From: Oligoflexales bacterium
GTDB taxonomy: Bacteria; Bdellovibrionota_B; Oligoflexia; Oligoflexales; JAPPIL01
Length of the DNA: 64,000 bases
Assembly: GCA_965215515.1 (NCBI GenBank)
Contig: OZ244057.1
Location: 128,001 to 192,000 of the forward strand
Reading direction: 5' to 3'
The position numbers and the translations under genes were made by a program. This document shows positions 57,746 through 64,000 of the stretch, one piece after another; the first letter of the stretch is position 1; the number at the start of each line of letters is the position of its first letter. The notes below the pieces were generated by a model. The model saw nothing but the letters and a program-made list of their open reading frames with translations. It made no database searches and was not told the origin of the DNA.

Positions 57746-58594
57746 TTGCTAGCTGTGACCGAGAACGTTAGGGTGACACGTGAGGTGGGGGCAAGCGTGA
57801 TGAGAGGGGGAATATTGTTGTTAGCGATCATCTGTTGCGCCGACGAACCTGCGGGAGAGCCGCCTGAGGGGAGTGAAGAGCAGAGCCCAACACCTACGGG
57901 CTCTGCTGATGCGGGCCGCGAGTCAGGAGGTGCTGGTGCTGGCAAGGCAAACCTCTCCTTCACAAAGGACAGTTATGGGATGGAGACGGGCGCTCTGTTC
58001 GATGTCACCGTTAAGGTCGAAGCTGAGGTGCCACTCGCCGAAGGCAGCCGCGTGCTACTGAAGTTAGTGGATAGAGACGATAACGAAGCAGGCAGCATGA
58101 TGCAGTGGCAGGACGCACAGGAGGAGATGCAGCCGCACGGTGCGGAGATAACCGCAGCGGTCAAGGACGGTAAGGCGGAGTTTAAGAACTTGTTCATCGT
58201 CGCTGCCCACAATGTCAGCAAACTACAGGCCACGCTAACACACGCAGACAGTTCATCGACCGCGCAACCCGCGACCAGCGAGTTAAGCAGCACCTCTAGG
58301 AGTGCTGTGGTACAGGTAGCAAATCTAAATCTAAATGGGGGTTACAGCCCACATTTAGCGATCAGCGGAAGTGGAATAAATCTCGGTCAGGTCAACACCG
58401 ACATCTACTTTTTCAACGCCAACTCCAATCCGCCTATGCTGGGCAAACACAGCGGCAGCGGACAACAACAATCTATCCAACCACAGACCAAAGAAGCGAT
58501 CGAGGGCACGGATTGCCACGACTATCGCCTGGTCATCAAATTCAACGATAACCGCGTCCGCTATCAGAGTAGCCTCTCCTCCTGCAATGACTGA
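57746..58594 (+). CDS. Hypothetical exported protein or lipoprotein (true start probably ~57.8 kb)
   Basis: MRGGILLLAIICC, acidic/Gly linker, beta-rich body. Confidence 0.65.
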   Translation: MLAVTENVRVTREVGASVMRGGILLLAIICCADEPAGEPPEGSEEQSPTPTGSADAGRESGGAGAGKANLSFTKDSYGMETGALFDVTVKVEAEVPLAEGSRVLLKLVDRDDNEAGSMMQWQDAQEEMQPHGAEITAAVKDGKAEFKNLFIVAAHNVSKLQATLTHADSSSTAQPATSELSSTSRSAVVQVANLNLNGGYSPHLAISGSGINLGQVNTDIYFFNANSNPPMLGKHSGSGQQQSIQPQTKEAIEGTDCHDYRLVIKFNDNRVRYQSSLSSCND

Positions 58595-58634
58595 TTAAAA
58601 TCAGCTGTTTACCGCATCTCGAACTTTCCCTATA

Positions 58635-59861
58635 ATGGAAGTAGCGGTCGTGGAGGAAGTTGTGAGCGCGGCGCGCATCGATGCCGCAACGGCAAAGAGA
58701 TACCTACCGTTCCTTGTGCTACCGCTGTTGGGGCTACTCTTCAGCGGCTACGCGGTGGTGCATTTTTACAATGTCAAGCTGGGTTGGGGGGATAACTATG
58801 CCTGCAACATCAACCAGACCTTCAACTGCGATGCGGTGGCATTGAGCCAGTGGAGCGAGCTGTTCGGTGTGCCTATGGGTGTCTACGGTGCGGCCTACTT
58901 TATCTCCCTATGGGTGCTGCTCATCATCGCTATTTCGGGACACAGGAGTGCGCGTGACCATCTGCTCGCCTATGCCGCCATGAACGTGCTCGGCGTGCTG
59001 GTAGCGCTGTTGCTGGCAGGGGTCTCGTACCTCCTCCTGCGCGTGTGGTGCATTTCCTGTCTGGGTGTCTATGCTGTCTGCTTGCTCCAGTCGCTCTTCT
59101 TGCTGTGGCAACGTCATAAATTCAACTTCCAGTGCGACGCTAAGGCTATCATCCGCGGCGGCACAACAGCTTTACTGGTGGTAATTGCGGCGGTGGCCGT
59201 GCACTCCTTCGCTAAGCCACGTCTGTCACGTCCTGTCCCCGAGCAGAGCGAGGATACCCTCGCCGCGACGGAACGGCTGCTCGCTAGCGGCACGGGACAG
59301 ACCATCCCGATCAACCGCACGCCTTACGCGGGGATGGGAGAGGATTACCGCCGCGGCTCGGATCGAGCACAGGTGCAGGTAGTGGAATTCATCGATTTCC
59401 AATGTCCCTCGTGCCAGATGATGTCGGCCGCAATGGAGGTGCTGCACAAAGAGTACGGCGAGCGAGTGCTGTTTGTCGTCAAAAACTACCCCCTCGACAA
59501 ACAATGCCATACCAAAATGCAACGCCGCGGTCATCAGCATGCCTGCGACATCGCTGTCTTAGCGCGCTGTGCGGGGCAGTACGGCAAGTTCTGGCAGTAC
59601 CACGACCTCGCCCTGGCCAATCAACGCGCTGCTAGCGAAGCTACCATCTTAGCCTGGGCGAAGCAGGTAGGTTTGCAGGAAGAACAGATCGCCTCCTGTC
59701 GTGACTCACGCGGCATTTTAGCAAAGATAAAAGACGACATCGCCCTCGGCAGTAAGATAGGGGTGGAAGCTACACCTACCGTGTTTATCAACGGCAAGAA
59801 ATATCTCGGCGCACCACAGGTGGAGACGCTGCGTCGTGCGATCGACAGCCTGCTAAACTAA
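58635..59861 (+). CDS. VKOR-DsbA (thioredoxin-domain) fusion protein
   Basis: CNINQTFNCDAVALS, WCISC in the TM region, DFQCPSC, EATPTVFING. Confidence 0.92.
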   Translation: MEVAVVEEVVSAARIDAATAKRYLPFLVLPLLGLLFSGYAVVHFYNVKLGWGDNYACNINQTFNCDAVALSQWSELFGVPMGVYGAAYFISLWVLLIIAISGHRSARDHLLAYAAMNVLGVLVALLLAGVSYLLLRVWCISCLGVYAVCLLQSLFLLWQRHKFNFQCDAKAIIRGGTTALLVVIAAVAVHSFAKPRLSRPVPEQSEDTLAATERLLASGTGQTIPINRTPYAGMGEDYRRGSDRAQVQVVEFIDFQCPSCQMMSAAMEVLHKEYGERVLFVVKNYPLDKQCHTKMQRRGHQHACDIAVLARCAGQYGKFWQYHDLALANQRAASEATILAWAKQVGLQEEQIASCRDSRGILAKIKDDIALGSKIGVEATPTVFINGKKYLGAPQVETLRRAIDSLLN

Positions 59862-59878
59862 TTGGTTGCAACAACAAA

Positions 59879-60658
59879 ATGCCTACACCTCCCCTACACA
59901 TCGATTTTGAACACGATTTCCCCCACAAACTCATGCGACAGCGTTTCGCCACGGGCAGTGTGCTGCACGATGCCGACACGGTCAGGTCGTGGCGACAACA
60001 GTGGCTGGCGCAATTGTCATCGTGGCACACACCATACAAAGCGTTGATCGATTGCCGACACCTGACACTGTGCGATGATGCACAACTCAAAGACGCACTG
60101 GTGACCTTGCTGGCTTTCATGCAAAGACTCTTCTTGCGCAAGGCAGTGGGATTTAATCGCCGTGCGGATTGTCACCATGACCTGCTACCCTTCACGGTGC
60201 TCGTCACAGAGGCAGAGGCATGGCAGGAGTTGGGTCTGCGAACACAGAGGCGCGCACAAGGCGATGATTTGCGCAGCCAGATAGTTATCCAGAACCATTT
60301 TCGCCAGCAAGTGGTTGAACTGAGTTTCAGTACCCCTTTTATGCTTGATGATGACAACAAGCTGGCAGTACTGAAAAGCAAGCTGACCAACAACTTGATG
60401 CAGTGGCACTCCAAATGGTCGCTGCTGGTCGATTGCGGTAATTTCACTCTCGCGGCGGCATACCGCCAACCCTTCGCGGAGCTAGAAGTTTTTTTGCGGC
60501 GTTATTTTTTGCAAAAAATCGTCGGCTACAACCGTAAAGGGAGCGAACATGATTTCCCCTTCCCCGCGTTGCGTTCCAAGCACAAGGCTGCAGCGCAGTT
60601 AGAACACGATACCGCAGTAGCGGGCGATGAAGCACACTGCCGCACGAGGGCAACATGA
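59879..60658 (+). CDS. Hypothetical protein with an internal domain duplication (STAS/SpoIIAA-like fold possible)
   Basis: LSSWHTPYKALIDC...FLRKAVGFNR..HDLLPF versus LMQWHSKWSLLVDC...FLQKIVGYNR..HDFPFP. Confidence 0.7.
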   Translation: MPTPPLHIDFEHDFPHKLMRQRFATGSVLHDADTVRSWRQQWLAQLSSWHTPYKALIDCRHLTLCDDAQLKDALVTLLAFMQRLFLRKAVGFNRRADCHHDLLPFTVLVTEAEAWQELGLRTQRRAQGDDLRSQIVIQNHFRQQVVELSFSTPFMLDDDNKLAVLKSKLTNNLMQWHSKWSLLVDCGNFTLAAAYRQPFAELEVFLRRYFLQKIVGYNRKGSEHDFPFPALRSKHKAAAQLEHDTAVAGDEAHCRTRAT

Positions 60659-62448
60659 CCCTGCCCCTCCAGCGCACACACCGCCTGCACGAGTTACGAC
60701 ACAGCCATTGCGGCGAACAAGTCACCCTGATGGGATGGGTCAATCGCGTGCGTGATTTCGGCCAGCTGGTCTTCATCGATCTGCGCGATCGTTGGGGCAT
60801 GACACAGCTGTCCTTCACCGCCGAAAAGCTACGCACACCGCTGGCAGAAGTGTTGGCGGTGCGAGATGAATGGGTGCTAGCAGTACAGGGTACGGTCGTG
60901 CCACGACCGCAGAAGATGATCAACCAACAGATGCCGACAGGCAAAATCGAAGTACAGGTCGTGCAGTGGCAGGTGTTGAGCAAAGCCGATGTCTTACCCT
61001 TCCCCATCGCGGAAGGCGCGAACATCAAGCCCAACGACAGCACGCGGCTGACCTACCGCTACCTCGATCTGCGGCGCAGAACGGTCAAAGACAGCATTCT
61101 GCAACGGGTTAAATTAGTCCGTGCTATCCGCAACGCACTGGAAGCAGACGATTTTCTCGATATCGAGACCCCCCTGCTCTACAAGTCGACACCAGAGGGG
61201 GCAAGGGAATTCATCGTGCCAAGTCGCATTCAACCGCAGCATTTCTACGCTTTGCCGCAAAGTCCACAGGTGTTCAAGCAGTTGTTGATGGTGGCAGGTT
61301 TCGATCGCTACTACCAGATCGTCAAGTGTTTTCGAGACGAAGACCTGCGCGCCGATCGTCAGCCAGAATTTACGCAACTCGATTGCGAGCTGTCGTTCGT
61401 CGATCAGGAACAGGTATTGACCATCATCGAGCGAGTGATGCAGCGTGTCTTGCAAGACCTCAACCCCAACTACGCACCACAGCCCTTTGCGCGCTTGACT
61501 CATGCCGCCGCACTGGAAAACTACGGCAGCGACAAGCCCGATCTGCGTTACCAACTCAAGCTGCAACAGCTTGACAGACAGATTTTTGCAGGCTGCGGGT
61601 TGCAAGTGCTGGAAGATGCCTTGCAGACCGCAGGGGGAACGATCTATGCCATTAAAACAACAGGTTGTGGCGACAAGTTCTCTCGCCGCGATTTCGAGCA
61701 AACACAAGAGGTGGTGCGCAAAGCAGGTGGAGCTGGCCTGTGGTGGGTTAAGGTGCAACAAACCCTGGACGATGCCAGTGCCTGGCAGTCGCCGTTGAAA
61801 AAATATCTCGATGTAGAACGTGCGCAGCAATTGACCCAGACGTTGGCACTGCAGCTAGGCGATGTCGTGTTCATCGCCGCGGGTGAGCGGGTACGTACAC
61901 AGCTTGCCCTCGGTGCCTTGCGGGTACACCTAGCCGACAAGCTCCAGCTGTGTGACGACCAGCAACAATGCTGGCTATGGGTAACGGATTTTCCACTCTT
62001 CGAACGCGATCAAGCGGGCAAGCTCGGTGCTGTGCACCACCCGTTCACGCGTCCGCATGCCGATGACGTGCAGTATTTCGGCAGTGCACCAGAAAAAATC
62101 CGTGCCTGTGCCTACGATCTCGTGCTCAACGGTGTCGAGGTCGGTGGAGGGTCGGTAAGAATTCACGAGCCTGAGCTGCAACAGCGAGTGTTCGAAACTC
62201 TGCAACTTTCCGCGCAGGAGGTTACCGACAAATTTGGTTTTCTGTTGCAGGCTTTACGTTACGGCACCCCTCCGCACGGCGGGATTGCACTTGGTCTCGA
62301 TCGTCTCGCCATGTTGTTGAGTGGTGATGATTCGATTCGGGATGTAATCGCTTTCCCCAAAACATACCACGGCACATGCTTGCTGACCGCATCACCGACC
62401 ACCCTTCCTGCCGCGCAGTTGCGTGATTATCACCTCAGAACCGACTAA
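60655..62448 (+). CDS. aspS: Aspartate--tRNA ligase
   Basis: FIDLRD, RYLDLRR, LPQSPQ, FRDEDLRADRQPEFTQ, GGGSVRIH, PPHGGIALGLDR. Confidence 0.98.
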   Translation: MTLPLQRTHRLHELRHSHCGEQVTLMGWVNRVRDFGQLVFIDLRDRWGMTQLSFTAEKLRTPLAEVLAVRDEWVLAVQGTVVPRPQKMINQQMPTGKIEVQVVQWQVLSKADVLPFPIAEGANIKPNDSTRLTYRYLDLRRRTVKDSILQRVKLVRAIRNALEADDFLDIETPLLYKSTPEGAREFIVPSRIQPQHFYALPQSPQVFKQLLMVAGFDRYYQIVKCFRDEDLRADRQPEFTQLDCELSFVDQEQVLTIIERVMQRVLQDLNPNYAPQPFARLTHAAALENYGSDKPDLRYQLKLQQLDRQIFAGCGLQVLEDALQTAGGTIYAIKTTGCGDKFSRRDFEQTQEVVRKAGGAGLWWVKVQQTLDDASAWQSPLKKYLDVERAQQLTQTLALQLGDVVFIAAGERVRTQLALGALRVHLADKLQLCDDQQQCWLWVTDFPLFERDQAGKLGAVHHPFTRPHADDVQYFGSAPEKIRACAYDLVLNGVEVGGGSVRIHEPELQQRVFETLQLSAQEVTDKFGFLLQALRYGTPPHGGIALGLDRLAMLLSGDDSIRDVIAFPKTYHGTCLLTASPTTLPAAQLRDYHLRTD

Positions 62449-62500
62449 GCGCTAACGGCAAGTCAAGACAGGTTGACAGGCTAATCGCACTCCTGCTACG

Positions 62501-63862
62501 GTGAGGCTGTTTGCTACGGCGAGGGTTTTTATGCCAGCGTACTGGTGTCGTTTTTCTCTCTTCTCGCTTGCCCTAGTGCTGATCGTCTCCTTCCTGATGA
62601 TGCAGCAATCGTCGTCGGAGCGCCGATCCCCATCACGGCTCGCCATCATGCAGGGTGTGACGGGTAACGACTACACACAGGTGCTGGTGCTGACGCAGGG
62701 AGAGGACGGCTACCGCTTCGTGCTGAGCGCTGCACGCCGTGCAGAATCGTCCCCCGCGACCATCGCAGTTAGCAAGTACGCTACTTCGGCGTGGCGGGTG
62801 CAGCGGGTGGTGTTTAAAAATCTCACGCCGCATACAGTGTACAACTTGCGTGTCTATCGGCATGACAAGCTGCTCGACCAGCGGCGTTTGCGCACTCTAA
62901 ATCCACAACAGAAGAAGCTGCGTTTGGCGTTCGCTTCGTGCATGAATGACCATACGCCGCAGGGCGATATCTGGCGGCAGATGCTAGCTTTGCGCCCTGA
63001 CGTTGTTTTTTTGATCGGCGACAATGTCTATGCCGACCGTTATATCAAAGGCATCAAGTATGGCACAAAAACTCAGCAGGTAGTGGCTACCCCTGCTGAG
63101 TTGTGGCGCAGAAATGTCGAAACACGTAACTATATCGAGCTGTTCAAAAGCGACGAGCTTGTGCCCGTGGTCGCAACTTGGGATGATCATGATTTTGGCA
63201 TCAACAACGGCGGGCGCGATTATCCCTACAAGAAAGAGGCACTAGCGACCTTCAATGCCTTTTTTGCCAGCCAGCCGAGCGCACATTATCAGCGGGCAGG
63301 TCTGGGCACGGCGGCTATGTTCACCATGTACGGGTTCAGTTTTTTTCTGCTCGACAATCGCAGCTACCGTGTAGTCGATAAAGGAGCGGCTGAACAGGAG
63401 CACTATGGCCGTGCCCAGCTCCAATGGCTGTGGAGTAATCTTGCGGACAAGGGCTACGCCTTGTTGGTCGGCGGCGACCAGTTTTTCGGTGGCTATCATC
63501 GCTTCGAGTCGTTTGAGGGTAATCACCGTGATGCCTTCGCACGTTTTCTGGCTAAACTAAAAACACTGACTACCAAAGTGGCTTTTCTCTCTGGCGATCG
63601 GCATGTCACTGAAGTTATGCGTATTCCTGCCACCCTGCTCGGTTACCAGACCTATGAGTTTACCTCCAGTCCCATCCATGCCGATCTCTACCCTGGCAAT
63701 TGGGACAAGATACCTAACGCACGGCAAGTCGCCAGCCATGATATGCGGCACAACTTCATGCTCCTTGCACTTACCCGTCTCGCCGACGGTCTGCGCATAC
63801 AAGCGTCATCCTATACCAAAGGGGGTAAACTTTTATTTAGCGGCGATTACACAGTACGTTGA
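62501..63862 (+). CDS. phoD: Alkaline phosphatase D family protein
   Basis: FASC, IGDNVYAD, TWDDHDFG, LLDNRSYR, LSGDRH. Confidence 0.9.
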   Translation: MRLFATARVFMPAYWCRFSLFSLALVLIVSFLMMQQSSSERRSPSRLAIMQGVTGNDYTQVLVLTQGEDGYRFVLSAARRAESSPATIAVSKYATSAWRVQRVVFKNLTPHTVYNLRVYRHDKLLDQRRLRTLNPQQKKLRLAFASCMNDHTPQGDIWRQMLALRPDVVFLIGDNVYADRYIKGIKYGTKTQQVVATPAELWRRNVETRNYIELFKSDELVPVVATWDDHDFGINNGGRDYPYKKEALATFNAFFASQPSAHYQRAGLGTAAMFTMYGFSFFLLDNRSYRVVDKGAAEQEHYGRAQLQWLWSNLADKGYALLVGGDQFFGGYHRFESFEGNHRDAFARFLAKLKTLTTKVAFLSGDRHVTEVMRIPATLLGYQTYEFTSSPIHADLYPGNWDKIPNARQVASHDMRHNFMLLALTRLADGLRIQASSYTKGGKLLFSGDYTVR

Positions 63863-63963
63863 AAACTGCTTTGCCTAGCTTATCCCTGATTTTTTGACGG
63901 CATCGCGTTTTGTCAGTAGGATGAGGCCGACGAGCAGTAGCGGGCTATATCGAGGAGCAAAAG

Positions 63964-64000
63964 ATGCGGACGGGCGTTATCGGCAGCGGACAGATGGGTA
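63964..64000 (+). CDS. Start of a Rossmann-fold dehydrogenase (3-hydroxyacyl-CoA dehydrogenase-like), runs off the right edge
   Basis: Not in the ORF track. GAGGAG RBS; ATG 63964 reads MRTGVIGSGQMG. Confidence 0.7.
   Translation, partial: MRTGVIGSGQMG

Noticed and set aside
1..64000. rRNA, intact tRNA, CRISPR array, reverse transcriptase or phage structural genes
   Set aside because: None recognised by eye; tRNAscan-SE and Infernal would be needed to exclude small RNAs.

Overview
The window has two parts. About 1-32.6 kb is a lower-GC accessory island (GC judged by eye). It starts with an apparently intact conjugative module on the minus strand: virB2-B3-B4-B5-B6-B8-B9-B10, an FtsK/TcpA-like coupling ATPase, a Replic_Relax (MOBC-like) relaxase and a glycine-zipper lipoprotein. 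A regulatory block follows: two sigma70-region-4-only proteins, an XRE repressor, and a two-gene operon for a DUF4423-like protein and a 74-aa secreted peptide made of four GGDVF-like cores. Next comes defence-type cargo: a HEPN-like protein, SbcD-YhaN/SbcC-UvrD, two ThsB-like TIR proteins, a small membrane protein in two copies, AbiEi/AbiEii, Rpn and RhuM. The island also holds a heavily deleted second copy of the conjugative element, plus group II intron-like and IS5 scars. From 32.7 to 64 kb the sequence is higher-GC core genome of a diderm bacterium (Bdellovibrionota/Oligoflexia-like by inference only): a metallopeptidase, an ABC transporter, mrp, a SNF2 helicase, tlpA, ribF, lpxA, fabZ, skp, bamA, lolD, lolC/E, a Flp-like pilin, lpxD, rpoD, three paralogous lipoproteins, a degenerate nadC, VKOR-DsbA, aspS and phoD. 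The best candidate for an undescribed system is the XRE / DUF4423-like / repeat-peptide cassette at 10.8-12.3 kb, which looks like peptide signalling controlling a Gram-negative conjugative element. All family assignments come from reading motifs by eye; no database searches were run. No CRISPR array, rRNA or intact tRNA was seen.
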